Assembly: GCA_040387195.1 (NCBI GenBank)
Contig: JAZKEF010000027.1
Location: 113,831 to 177,830 of the forward strand
From: Bacteroidota bacterium
Lineage (GTDB): Bacteria; Bacteroidota; Bacteroidia; UKL13-3
DNA: 64,000 nt
Direction: 5' to 3'
Shown: positions 18,501 through 27,963 of the stretch, in pieces
Layout of the letters: every line of letters begins with the position of its first letter
Numbering within the stretch: position 1 is the stretch's first letter
Notes under the pieces: generated by a model
Told to the model about the DNA's origin: nothing
Seen by the model: only the letters and a program-made list of their open reading frames with translations
The model's database searches: none
Position numbers and translations under genes: made by a program

Positions 18501-19076
18501 ATGACAACAGAAAAAGAATTTCTTGAAGTATATGCGGAGCAAACTCCGAATCCGGAAACGATGAAATTCGTTTTCAATAAAATGATCTTGCCGGATGACA
18601 GTGCCGACTTTCCTTCACGCGAAAGCACTGCTGCCTCACCACTGGCTAAGAATTTATATGAATTCAATTTTGTGAATGGCGTGTTCATCATGAACAACTT
18701 TGTAACTATTACCCGTACGGAAGGTGCTGAGTGGGATGCCATCATTCCCATTATGCGGGAATTCCTCAAATCATACGTGGAGGCTAAAGAACCCATTCTG
18801 ATTAAATCAGAAAAAACAGTTGTTGGCGATTACGGTGCGGACAATGTAACAGTAGCAAAAATTATTGATGTACTCGACACTTATGTGAAACCGGCCGTTG
18901 AAGTAGATGGGGGAATGATTTCCTTTAAATCCTATGAGAATGGCGTTGTAACTGTTGAAATGAAAGGTTCATGCAGCGGTTGCCCATCGTCAACTGTTAC
19001 ACTCAAACGCGGTATTGAAGGCATGTTGCAACGTATGGTTCCGGAGGTAAGAGAAGTGATTGCAGAAGCATTGTAA
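18501..19076 (+). CDS. NifU/Nfu-family iron-sulfur cluster scaffold protein
   Basis: Nfu N-terminal domain (TPNPETMKFV) plus a C-terminal NifU domain with CSGCPSSTVTLKRGIE. Confidence 0.9.
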   Translation: MTTEKEFLEVYAEQTPNPETMKFVFNKMILPDDSADFPSRESTAASPLAKNLYEFNFVNGVFIMNNFVTITRTEGAEWDAIIPIMREFLKSYVEAKEPILIKSEKTVVGDYGADNVTVAKIIDVLDTYVKPAVEVDGGMISFKSYENGVVTVEMKGSCSGCPSSTVTLKRGIEGMLQRMVPEVREVIAEAL

Positions 19077-19100
19077 TTTGTTACTTACCTATTTATAACA

Positions 19101-19135
19101 AAAAAGCTGTTCCTGATTAAGAACAGCTTTTTTTA
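19101..19135. terminator. Bidirectional terminator between the NifU-like gene and the convergent usp gene
   Basis: AAAAAGCTGTTC-loop-GAACAGCTTTTTTT, a perfect stem flanked by an A-run and a T-run. Confidence 0.8.
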
Positions 19136-19140
19136 TGTAT

Positions 19141-19965
19141 TTACTTATGCAATACCAACAACGGAACTTTGGTATGATAAGCCATCCGTTTGCTTAAGCT
19201 GCGGTGAAACAACCTATCGAAGAAGCTGCGGTGGTGCTTGGCCATTACCAGCATATCAACATGATGGTCGGTTATATATTTTTCAATAGCTTCTGTAACC
19301 TCTGTATTGGCTTTGTTCACTACAGTAATCTGCTCGTGACTGATTTGTTTTTTGTTTCGCACAAAGAAGTTGTGTTCCGAGTCGAAATATTTATCCATCT
19401 CCGTAGTAATATGCAATACCGTAACCTTGGCTTTAAACAAATCGGCAAAAAACATCATACGTGATACAGCCGGAAATTCAGGTTCGGAATAATCGCTGGA
19501 ATATAAAATATGTTTTGGCTCAACAAATGTTGATGAAGGAGGAATTACAAGCACCGGGATATCACTTTTACCTATCACAGAAGCACTGTTGCTTCCTACC
19601 AGTATTTCCTGCAAACCGCTAGCTCCGGTGGTTCCCATTAAAATCAGGTCCATCCCCTTCTCTTTACTGAAGGCAATAATTTCATCGTTTACAAATCCGG
19701 TTGCATGGTGAAATTCATACGAAACACCTGACGTTTTGAGGTACGAAGATTCGCGTTTGGCAAAACCTTCTTCTGATATATCTTCCATTTCCTGAAGAAT
19801 ACGCTGATATGTTTCGGCCGGAAAGGAAGCATCCAGAACCGGAATACTCTTTACATGAAACAAGTGCAGTTTAGATTCGGTCTTTTTGCACAATTCAATT
19901 GCATAACGCAAGGCGTTGTCTGCTACTACCGAAAAATCGGTGGGGAGCAATATGTGGTTAATCAT
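19141..19965 (-). CDS. Universal stress protein, tandem UspA domains
   Basis: 274 aa. Two Usp modules, each ending in GxxG...VPVLV-like motifs (LILMGTTGASG...DIPVLVIP; MLVMAKHH...KVPLLVL). Confidence 0.88.
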   Translation of the reverse strand: MINHILLPTDFSVVADNALRYAIELCKKTESKLHLFHVKSIPVLDASFPAETYQRILQEMEDISEEGFAKRESSYLKTSGVSYEFHHATGFVNDEIIAFSKEKGMDLILMGTTGASGLQEILVGSNSASVIGKSDIPVLVIPPSSTFVEPKHILYSSDYSEPEFPAVSRMMFFADLFKAKVTVLHITTEMDKYFDSEHNFFVRNKKQISHEQITVVNKANTEVTEAIEKYITDHHVDMLVMAKHHRSFFDRLFHRSLSKRMAYHTKVPLLVLHK

Positions 19966-20089
19966 GATATAAGGTATTAAGAGTTAAACATAAAAAAGCA
20001 ATATTATCTTATTGTTATTACCCTCACAAAGTTCACACCATCACTGCTAAATAAACATGATTGTGCTCAACTTTACCCCTCCCACGCTG

Positions 20090-21157
20090 CTACTCTTCCA
20101 TCACAGCCTCTTCATGACGCTTATTGGCCAACTGCCCGCATGCCGCATCAATATCTTTACCCCTGCTTCTGCGCAAAGTTGCTGTTAAGCCATTCTCTTC
20201 GAGGTATCGCTGAAATTTGTAGAGTTTATTCCCCGAAGTATTTTGAAACTCGCCTCCATCAATGCTATTGTATTCAATAAGGTTCACCTTTGACGGTACA
20301 TATTTGGAAAATGCCAGCAATTCATCAGCATCTTTAATGGTATCATTAAAATCCTTGAACACAATGTACTCAAAGGTTACCTGATTTTTGGTTTTACTGT
20401 AATAATAAGCAAGCGCCTCGCCCAATACATCAAGGGTATTGCTTTCGTTTATCGGCATAATCTTGCTGCGTTTCACATCGTTTGCAGCATGAAGAGACAA
20501 GGCAAGGTTAAACTTCACCTCATCATCTCCCAGTTTCCTGATCATTTTGGCAATACCGGCCGTGCTCACTGTAATCCGGTCGGAAGCCATATTCAAGCCA
20601 TCCTCACCGGTTATTTTAGCAATTGCTCCAAGTACATTGCGGTAATTCAACAGCGGTTCCCCCATACCCATAAATACAATATTGGTAAGCGGACGCTGGT
20701 AGTATTGTTCGGCCTGATTCTTAATAATCACCACCTCATCATAGATCTCATCAGCATTCAGGTTACGTGCCAGATCCAGCTTCCCGGTGGCGCAAAACCT
20801 GCAACTCAAACTGCATCCAACCTGGGACGAAACACAGGCCGTCATTCTTTTTTCGGTTGGAATCAATACACCTTCCACTATGGGACCGTCATATAATTTC
20901 AAACTATTCTTGATGGTACCGTCACTGCTTATCTGTTTTTCATCCACATTTACGGCATTGATGGTGTAATGTGACTCCAGCTTTTCACGCAACTCTTTGC
21001 TCAGATTGCTCATTTCGGCAAACGAACGGGCGCTCTTTTTCCATAACCACTCATATACCTGCTGACCACGAAAGGCTTTTTCGCCCATGGTAGCAAAGGA
21101 TTCCTTCAATTCCTGAAGGTTAAGCGAGCGAATATCTTTTTTAGTGAATGAGTCCAT
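20090..21157 (-). CDS. rlmN: 23S rRNA/tRNA adenine-C2 methyltransferase RlmN (radical SAM)
   Basis: CSLSCRFCATG radical-SAM motif, GMGEPLLN, C-terminal GKDIDAACGQL. An alternative start at 21178 is possible. Confidence 0.95.
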   Translation of the reverse strand: MDSFTKKDIRSLNLQELKESFATMGEKAFRGQQVYEWLWKKSARSFAEMSNLSKELREKLESHYTINAVNVDEKQISSDGTIKNSLKLYDGPIVEGVLIPTEKRMTACVSSQVGCSLSCRFCATGKLDLARNLNADEIYDEVVIIKNQAEQYYQRPLTNIVFMGMGEPLLNYRNVLGAIAKITGEDGLNMASDRITVSTAGIAKMIRKLGDDEVKFNLALSLHAANDVKRSKIMPINESNTLDVLGEALAYYYSKTKNQVTFEYIVFKDFNDTIKDADELLAFSKYVPSKVNLIEYNSIDGGEFQNTSGNKLYKFQRYLEENGLTATLRRSRGKDIDAACGQLANKRHEEAVMEE

Positions 21158-21224
21158 TTGATTGCAAAGATAGGTCATTCAGCCTCAGTCACAAAAAAGC
21201 ATTATTAAATGGCTGGCGTTTTTA

Positions 21225-21232
21225 TATTTTTG
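21225..21232 (+). promoter_or_regulatory. Bacteroidota -7 promoter box (TAttTTTG) upstream of lysS
   Basis: Matches TAnnTTTG, 30 nt upstream of the lysS ATG. Confidence 0.4.
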
Positions 21233-21261
21233 CACCTCTTTTTTAAACAGGCGACCATACA

Positions 21262-22791
21262 ATGGAATTGAACGAACAAGAAATGATACGCAGGCAAAAA
21301 CTGCAGGAAATTGAAAATATGGGGATCAACCCCTATCCTGCTGAGCTTTTTGAGGTGAACACCTCTGCAAAAGACATCCATACCCACTACGAGGCTGATA
21401 AGATTGAATTTAAAAACATATCGATTGCGGGTCGTATTATGAGCGTGCGCGATATGGGAAAGGCCGCTTTCTGTGTGATTCAGGATGCTACCGGAAAAAT
21501 TCAGTTGTATGTAAGACGTGATGATATCTGCAAAGGAGAAGACAAAAGCCTTTACGATAACCTGTTTAAAAAACTGCTTGATATCGGTGATATCATTGGT
21601 ATAAAAGGGTATGTTTTTACGACCAAAACCGGTGAAACATCCATTCATGTGGAAGAGTTCAAATTATTAGCGAAATCATTAAAACCTCTTCCAATTGTAA
21701 AGGAAAAAGATGGTGAGACCTTTGATGCGGTAACCGATGCTGAATTCAGATACCGCCAACGTTATGTTGATCTAATCATCAACCCACAGGTAAAAGATAC
21801 CTTCATCAAACGTACCCAATTGGTAAATACCATTCGCGATTTCTATAATGAAAAGGGATACCTGGAAGTTGATACTCCTGTATTGCAAGCCATTCCCGGA
21901 GGAGCAGCCGCGCGTCCGTTTATTACCCACCATAATTCATTGGACATTCCGATGTACATGCGTATTGCAAATGAATTGTACCTCAAACGCCTTATTGTTG
22001 GCGGGTTTGATGGTGTATATGAGTTTTCGCGCAACTTCAGAAATGAGGGTATGGACAGAACGCATAATCCTGAATTTACGGTAATGGAATTGTACGTTGC
22101 CTACAAGGATTACAACTGGATGATGGATTTAACAGAAGAGCTGATTGAGAAAATAGCAATCACCCTGCATGGCACGACTGAAGTTCAGGTTGGTGATAAA
22201 ATAATTGACTTTAAAGCACCTTTCAAACGTGTTACCATGTTTGAATCCATTCAAGAGTTTACAGGAATCGACATCAGCAATATGGATGAACTCCAACTGC
22301 GCGAGGTATGCAAACAACTGCGCATTGAAGTAGCCGGAAACATAGGTAAAGGAAAACTGATTGATGAAATTTTTGGAGCCAAGTGTGAAGGAAACTATAT
22401 ACAGCCTACCTTTATTACAGATTATCCTGTAGAAATGAGCCCGCTTACCAAAAAACACAGAACCCAGGCCGGGTTGGTTGAACGTTTTGAATTAATGGTA
22501 AATGGAAAAGAACTAGCCAACGCATACTCGGAATTAAATGATCCGATTGACCAGCGTGCACGTTTTGAAGAACAGACACAATTAATGGAAAGAGGAGATG
22601 ATGAAGCGATGTTTATCGATCATGATTTTCTCCGTGCGTTGGAGTACGGCATGCCACCTACTGCCGGAATTGGTATTGGCATTGACCGTTTGGTAATGAT
22701 TATGACTAATAATCCTTCTATTCAGGATGTGCTTTTCTTCCCGCAAATGAGACCTGAGCGCACTTCCGAAAATGAAGAAGCTTCAGCATAA
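21262..22791 (+). CDS. lysS: Lysine--tRNA ligase, class II
   Basis: 509 aa. OB anticodon-binding N-domain, class II motifs (FRNEGMDRTHNPEFT; GIGIGIDRLVM). Confidence 0.97.
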   Translation: MELNEQEMIRRQKLQEIENMGINPYPAELFEVNTSAKDIHTHYEADKIEFKNISIAGRIMSVRDMGKAAFCVIQDATGKIQLYVRRDDICKGEDKSLYDNLFKKLLDIGDIIGIKGYVFTTKTGETSIHVEEFKLLAKSLKPLPIVKEKDGETFDAVTDAEFRYRQRYVDLIINPQVKDTFIKRTQLVNTIRDFYNEKGYLEVDTPVLQAIPGGAAARPFITHHNSLDIPMYMRIANELYLKRLIVGGFDGVYEFSRNFRNEGMDRTHNPEFTVMELYVAYKDYNWMMDLTEELIEKIAITLHGTTEVQVGDKIIDFKAPFKRVTMFESIQEFTGIDISNMDELQLREVCKQLRIEVAGNIGKGKLIDEIFGAKCEGNYIQPTFITDYPVEMSPLTKKHRTQAGLVERFELMVNGKELANAYSELNDPIDQRARFEEQTQLMERGDDEAMFIDHDFLRALEYGMPPTAGIGIGIDRLVMIMTNNPSIQDVLFFPQMRPERTSENEEASA

Positions 22792-22857
22792 GCATATTGC
22801 TTTCATGCTTATGCTGTTTATATAAAAATGCCGTATTTTACCATACGGCATTTTTTG
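22787..22857 (+). terminator. Two consecutive hairpins after lysS
   Basis: Perfect 12-bp stem CAGCATAAGCAT/ATGCTTATGCTG overlapping the stop codon. A second stem ATGCCGTAT/ATACGGCAT follows, then TTTTTT. Confidence 0.7.
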
Positions 22858-22994
22858 TATTTACCGCTTGTTGTAATAATCTATTGCATTTTACAATCAT
22901 GGGTGTTATTATTGATGCAAAGTAAAGCCTGATTCAGACGTTGTTCGAAAAAAGAACGTTCAGCTGAATGTGATAAATATAAAAACCATACTCG

Positions 22995-23735
22995 ATGAAA
23001 GATGTAATTAAAGCGGTTCTTGTTGACGATGTTGAAAGCATGCGCATGGTGCTTAAAAAATTACTTTCCAATTTCGACAAGATACAAGTAGTGGGTGAGG
23101 CAGCCGACTTTGATCAAGCCCAGGATGTAATTCATGAAGAACGCCCCGATTTGTTGTTTTTAGATATCGACTTAAACGGACTTACTTCCATTGACCTGCT
23201 CAGCAAGATCAATTACAAACCCATGGTTATTTTCATCACTTCACACAGTGATTTTGCCATAAAAGCTTTTGAATTGAATGCCGTTGATTATCTATTAAAA
23301 CCTATCAGTCTCGATCGTTTGACCAAAGCTATTGAAAAGGTAACCAACAAGTGGGAAGAGACCGACAACTGGAGTGATGAAGCCAATGCGAAATTTGGCC
23401 CCGATCATATTATTTTGCTGAGCTTCGACAATAAACTATCCTTTGTGCGCATCAATGAAATCAATTATATTGAGGCATACGGAAATTACACGAAAGTATA
23501 TTTAACGGATGGCCGTTTAAGCGTAACGTACAATTCAATTAAGAACTGGGATGCACGTTTGCCTGAGGAAGTTTTTATCCAAATCCACCGCTCTACCATC
23601 ATCAATTTGCAAAATGTAGTGCGCATTGAAAAATGGGCAAACGATACCGGCCGATTGTTCCTCAAGGGTAACGACAAGTCGTTTGAAGTTAGCAGAAACT
23701 ACTTCTTCCAGATTAAGAAAAAATATAAGATGTAA
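22995..23735 (+). CDS. LytR/AlgR-family response regulator (receiver + LytTR DNA-binding domain)
   Basis: Receiver motifs VLVDDV, DLLFLDIDL, DYLLKP. LytTR C-terminus IHRSTIINL...FEVSRNY. Confidence 0.92.
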   Translation: MKDVIKAVLVDDVESMRMVLKKLLSNFDKIQVVGEAADFDQAQDVIHEERPDLLFLDIDLNGLTSIDLLSKINYKPMVIFITSHSDFAIKAFELNAVDYLLKPISLDRLTKAIEKVTNKWEETDNWSDEANAKFGPDHIILLSFDNKLSFVRINEINYIEAYGNYTKVYLTDGRLSVTYNSIKNWDARLPEEVFIQIHRSTIINLQNVVRIEKWANDTGRLFLKGNDKSFEVSRNYFFQIKKKYKM

Positions 23736-23737
23736 TT

Positions 23738-24640
23738 TTATGGATTAGCAAAACGTGCCAGTATTCCCAAAGGCAGTTTTAATCCGCTTGTTGCAGGCAA
23801 ATACACTTCCCCCACTTCCAGATTTTTACTTTGTTGGTTAAAATGTCCCTTGATTAGGTTCTCTGTGATAAGTGCACTCATGCCCAAAGAATACATATTG
23901 AGAATAAGGAAATTATGTTTCGGTTCCAAAATCTGAGCAATCTCCTTCAGAATTTCATTGATGTTTTCATCCAACTTCCAGCGTTCGCCATTCGCACCAA
24001 TACCATATGCCGGAGGATCCAGAATGATTCCATTGTATTTTTTCCCCCTCTTTGCTTCCCGTTTTACAAATTTTAAAGCATCCTCAACCACCCAACGGAT
24101 ATCATTGAGGTTTGACGATTCCATGTTCTCTCTCGACCAACTGATAACCTGTTTAATCGAATCCACATGTGTTACATCGGCACCGGCCGCTTTTGCTGCG
24201 AGGGATGCACCACCGGTATAAGCAAACAAATTGAGCACTTTCGGTGCTTCGCTCAGCTTCATAGATTTTACATTGTTAAAAATAAAATCCCAGTTTAATG
24301 CCTGCTCCGGAAAAATCCCGATATGCTTAAAGGATGTTAATGATAAATTAAACTTAATGTCCAACTTTTCATGGGCATATTGAATCTGCCACTTATCGCC
24401 AATAGGTTTATGCTTGCGCCATTCTCCGTTGTGACTTCCTTTTTGAACGAAAGACACATGAGCCAGTTGTTGCCATTCCTTTTCGGAAAGAAGCTTATCC
24501 CAAAGAGCTTGAGGTTCAGGTCTTCTGGTTATAACCTGTCCGAATCGCTCCAACTTTTCACCATTTCCGGCATCTATCAATTCATATTGTTTCCAGTTAT
24601 CAGGACTAAAAAGTTTCAGGGTTTGCATTTCTTTTGCCAT
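23738..24640 (-). CDS. Class I SAM-dependent methyltransferase (RlmI-like catalytic domain, no PUA domain)
   Basis: VLNLFAYTGGASLAAKAAGA SAM-binding motif and ILDPPAYG catalytic motif. Confidence 0.85.
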   Translation of the reverse strand: MAKEMQTLKLFSPDNWKQYELIDAGNGEKLERFGQVITRRPEPQALWDKLLSEKEWQQLAHVSFVQKGSHNGEWRKHKPIGDKWQIQYAHEKLDIKFNLSLTSFKHIGIFPEQALNWDFIFNNVKSMKLSEAPKVLNLFAYTGGASLAAKAAGADVTHVDSIKQVISWSRENMESSNLNDIRWVVEDALKFVKREAKRGKKYNGIILDPPAYGIGANGERWKLDENINEILKEIAQILEPKHNFLILNMYSLGMSALITENLIKGHFNQQSKNLEVGEVYLPATSGLKLPLGILARFANP

Positions 24641-24683
24641 ATCTCAAAGTGTTGCTGCAAATGTATGGATTCGTTATCAAAAC

Positions 24684-24691
24684 TATATTTG
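24684..24691 (+). promoter_or_regulatory. Bacteroidota -7 promoter box (TAtaTTTG) upstream of the second LytTR regulator
   Basis: Matches TAnnTTTG, 55 nt upstream of the ATG at 24746. Confidence 0.35.
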
Positions 24692-24745
24692 GTTAATTGT
24701 ACCGTTGTGCGTATCTTCACAACGATTTTACTACAATTAACATAA

Positions 24746-25516
24746 ATGATGAATAAAGCTACCATCAAAACCGTCATCATAGAGGATGATTTGGCCTCAA
24801 TTAACCTCTTAACAGAATTTCTCAAGAGTTTTGACTTTATCGAAGTTATTGGAAAGGCTACAACCTTTAAGGAGTCGGAAATATTGCTTCAGGAGAACAG
24901 CTTGTCTATTGATTTAGCAATACTTGACATTGACCTTCAGGGTGCAAATTCACTCGACCTGATTAAGTATCTTACTCCTCAAACCAAAATTGTATTCACC
25001 ACATCGTTTACCGAATTTGCTGTAAAGGCATTTGAGTACAATACCATTGATTACATTGTAAAACCTATCAGTTTTGATCGGTTGAAAAAGGCTTTGGGAC
25101 GTATCAATATTGTTGAAAAAACGATTGAGGATATTGATGAATTTACCAAACTGAATAGCCGTTTCAGTATCAACAATATGGTTTTGATGAACATCAATAA
25201 TGAGATGAAATTTATCAAAATTAAAGATATCAATTATATACAGGCGAAAGGCAACTACACCAATGTTTCTTTGGAAGATGGTACGCAATTCGTTACTTAC
25301 GGGCTTATCAAAATATGGGAAGACAAACTTCCGCTCGATGACTTTTTCCGTGTGCACCGCTCCACCATCGTGAATCTGCATAATGTAATTAAGATTGATA
25401 AAGGCACTTATGATACCGGAATTTTATATTTAAAAGGATTAACCGAACCTTTTGAGGTAAGTCGTAATTATTTTTCTATCATCAAAAATAAGTTCAAACT
25501 TACCTCTACGCTTTAA
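24746..25516 (+). CDS. LytR/AlgR-family response regulator (paralogue of 22995..23735)
   Basis: Receiver motifs VIIEDD, DLAILDIDL, DYIVKP. LytTR C-terminus VHRSTIVNL...FEVSRNY. Confidence 0.92.
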   Translation: MMNKATIKTVIIEDDLASINLLTEFLKSFDFIEVIGKATTFKESEILLQENSLSIDLAILDIDLQGANSLDLIKYLTPQTKIVFTTSFTEFAVKAFEYNTIDYIVKPISFDRLKKALGRINIVEKTIEDIDEFTKLNSRFSINNMVLMNINNEMKFIKIKDINYIQAKGNYTNVSLEDGTQFVTYGLIKIWEDKLPLDDFFRVHRSTIVNLHNVIKIDKGTYDTGILYLKGLTEPFEVSRNYFSIIKNKFKLTSTL

Positions 25517-25524
25517 GGTTGGAA

Positions 25525-26235
25525 ATGGAAAAAGAAACATCGATAGCTAGTGCTCATATAGACTATAATCTATTGGCCCGTCTGAGTCACGATGTTCGCG
25601 GACCGTTTAACGGACTCATTGGTTTCAGCGATTTGTTGTCAACTCATTTTGACGAACTGACGGATGATAAGCGAAGAGAATATGCCGACCTGATAAAACA
25701 ACTTTCACGCAAATCGTTTTATCAATTGCAGTTTTTCACCATCTGGTTAAAACTTATCAGCAATAACCTCCACCTCAACCAGGCTGTGGTTGAATACCGT
25801 GAAATTATTCAGCAAAGCATTGAGTTTTGCTCCAATGATGTTGAGTCCAAAAGTATTACTATTGTTGAACCACAGAATCAGGCCTTCAGGTTACATGCTG
25901 ATGCCCTGTTGCTTACTACAGCTGTCTCGTCCATTTTAAGTTCGGCAATTCGGCTAATGCGCACCCATGGCCATCTCACCCTCACAACACTTTCGGATAA
26001 TCCTTTACACCTTCGAATATCAGGTGAATATACCAATACGATTCATCCTCAATCCGATCCATTCCAGTTAATTCTGCTGGCCCGGAACGAGTATACAGAG
26101 TCCTCTGCCAAATTGTGGATTGCCAAACAAATTATCGAGAAACATGAAGGAATACTTTCATTCGGACCATCAGTTCCATCTGCTGCTTTTGAGATTGATA
26201 TCACGCTTCCAGAAGTTTCCAACACTCCCGGTTAA
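25525..26235 (+). CDS. Soluble histidine-kinase-like protein with degenerate ATP-binding domain
   Basis: H-box LARLSHDVRGPFNGLIGFSDLL is present. There are no TM or sensor domains. The C-terminal half lacks recognisable N, G1 (DxGxG) and G2 (GxGxG) boxes. A TTG start at 25519 is also possible. Confidence 0.7.
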   Translation: MEKETSIASAHIDYNLLARLSHDVRGPFNGLIGFSDLLSTHFDELTDDKRREYADLIKQLSRKSFYQLQFFTIWLKLISNNLHLNQAVVEYREIIQQSIEFCSNDVESKSITIVEPQNQAFRLHADALLLTTAVSSILSSAIRLMRTHGHLTLTTLSDNPLHLRISGEYTNTIHPQSDPFQLILLARNEYTESSAKLWIAKQIIEKHEGILSFGPSVPSAAFEIDITLPEVSNTPG

Positions 26236-26348
26236 GGTCAAAAATCAGGCGTAAATATTCATAACGCGCTCACCTTTTGACGCTCACGTAGCAATTTCCT
26301 GATTTCCCATCCCGTCTTTATTCTATTTTGAAAGGAAGATAATAGGTG

Positions 26349-26356
26349 TATTTTTG
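26349..26356 (+). promoter_or_regulatory. Bacteroidota -7 promoter box (TAttTTTG) upstream of pdhB, inside an inverted repeat
   Basis: Matches TAnnTTTG, 17 nt upstream of the ATG. AGGTGT (26344-26349) and ACACCT (26358-26363) flank it. Confidence 0.4.
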
Positions 26357-26372
26357 CACACCTTAATATCAA

Positions 26373-27359
26373 ATGTACATGAGAGTAATTCAATTCAGAG
26401 AAGCGTTGAGAGAAGCACTAAACGAAGAAATGCGCAGAGACGAAAACATCTTTTTGATGGGAGAAGAGGTAGCGGAGTATAACGGAGCCTATAAAGTGAG
26501 TCAGGGAATGCTTGACGAATTTGGAGCAAAAAGAATTATTGACACGCCTATTGCTGAACTGGGTTTTGCAGGTATAGGTGTAGGTGCAGCAATGAACGGG
26601 TTACGCCCGATAATTGAATTCATGACTTTCAACTTTTCACTGGTAGCTATTGATCAGGTTATTAATGCTGCGGCAAAAATGTACCAGATGAGTGGCGGAC
26701 AGTTTAATATTCCGATTGTCTTCAGAGGTCCAACCGGATCTGCCGGTCAATTAGGAGCCCAGCACTCACAAGCCTTTGAAAACTGGTTTGCAAACTGTCC
26801 GGGCTTAAAAGTTGTGGTTCCTTCCAATCCTGCTGATGCCAAAGGATTATTGAAAGCCGCCATCAGAGATAACGACCCTGTTATTTTTATGGAAAGCGAG
26901 CAGATGTATGGTGAAAAAGGAGAAGTGCCTGAAGAAGAATATATTCTTCCTATCGGGAAAGCAGCTGTGAAACGGGAAGGTTCAGACGTTACGATTGTTT
27001 CTTTTGGTAAAATTATGAAGGTGGCATTAGCTACTGCCGAAGAATTATCGAAAGAAAATATTTCATGTGAGGTGATTGATCTGATGACTGTTCGTCCGAT
27101 AGATTATGATACCATCATCGAATCGGTAAAGAAAACAAACCGCCTGGTGATTGTGGAAGAAGCTTGGCCGTTAGCCTCTATCTCCACCGAGATTACCTAT
27201 ATGGTTCAGAAACGAGCTTTTGACTACCTGGATGCTCCGATTCAACGCATCTGCACAACAGATACACCATTGGGATATGCCCCTACTTTTGTTCAGGAAT
27301 TCCTACCGAATGTAGAGCGCACAACCAAGGCGATTAAAGCGGTGTTGTACCGTTCTTAA
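26373..27359 (+). CDS. pdhB: Pyruvate dehydrogenase (alpha-ketoacid dehydrogenase) E1 component beta subunit
   Basis: 328 aa. REALREALNEEMRRDENIFLMGEEVAEYNGAYKVSQG and the transketolase-like pyrimidine and C-terminal domains are typical of E1-beta. Confidence 0.92.
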   Translation: MYMRVIQFREALREALNEEMRRDENIFLMGEEVAEYNGAYKVSQGMLDEFGAKRIIDTPIAELGFAGIGVGAAMNGLRPIIEFMTFNFSLVAIDQVINAAAKMYQMSGGQFNIPIVFRGPTGSAGQLGAQHSQAFENWFANCPGLKVVVPSNPADAKGLLKAAIRDNDPVIFMESEQMYGEKGEVPEEEYILPIGKAAVKREGSDVTIVSFGKIMKVALATAEELSKENISCEVIDLMTVRPIDYDTIIESVKKTNRLVIVEEAWPLASISTEITYMVQKRAFDYLDAPIQRICTTDTPLGYAPTFVQEFLPNVERTTKAIKAVLYRS

Positions 27360-27377
27360 TACCTGAACTTCTCATAT

Positions 27378-27416
27378 AAAAAAGGCCTCGCAATGTATCT
27401 TTGCGAGGCCTTTTTT
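27378..27416. terminator. Bidirectional terminator after pdhB
   Basis: Perfect 10-bp stem GGCCTCGCAA/TTGCGAGGCC, flanked by AAAAA and TTTTTT. Touches the stop of the convergent gene. Confidence 0.8.
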
Positions 27417-27897
27417 AGTTAACAGGAATTAGTAATTTCCGGATACGTTTAAGTGGTCCACTACAATAATTTTCATGGCAGTTGATACATTTTCCAATCA
27501 CAAGGTTATGGTATTTAATCTGTTCTTTAGGATGTTTGAATAATGCCTGATAAGCTTCCTGAAACAAACGGGCATTCTCGTAAAACTGAGGTTCCAGTAC
27601 TCCCGGATCTGTTGGTTCCACAAGGTAAAAACGCATAAACGGATACCTTGTTGAATCAACTTGTTCACCTCGAATGATTTGTTGTTTCATACTATCCGCA
27701 TTTGCCGCAATTTGCCGCATCATTAATGCCATTGGCTTTGCATTATTCGGATCTTTTATGGTTTCCACCTCGCAGGTTGTCGAATCGACTTGAGTTTCGA
27801 CAGTGGGTTGGGTAGTAGTTTGCTGTGGCTTATCTGTACAAGAAAAAATAAGCACACCTATCAAACTCAAACCGAAGAATGCAGATGATATTTTCAT
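27415..27897 (-). CDS. Lipoprotein with a single CXXCH (heme c-type) motif
   Basis: 160 aa. Signal MKISSAFFGLSLIGVLIFSC, plus CINCH near the C-terminus. No further family assignment. Confidence 0.6.
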   Translation of the reverse strand: MKISSAFFGLSLIGVLIFSCTDKPQQTTTQPTVETQVDSTTCEVETIKDPNNAKPMALMMRQIAANADSMKQQIIRGEQVDSTRYPFMRFYLVEPTDPGVLEPQFYENARLFQEAYQALFKHPKEQIKYHNLVIGKCINCHENYCSGPLKRIRKLLIPVN

Positions 27898-27963
27898 GGT
27901 TATGGGATAAAAAATGCCACGAATCAGACCGGGGCATATTTCGTTAATTATTGCGCGATTAAT

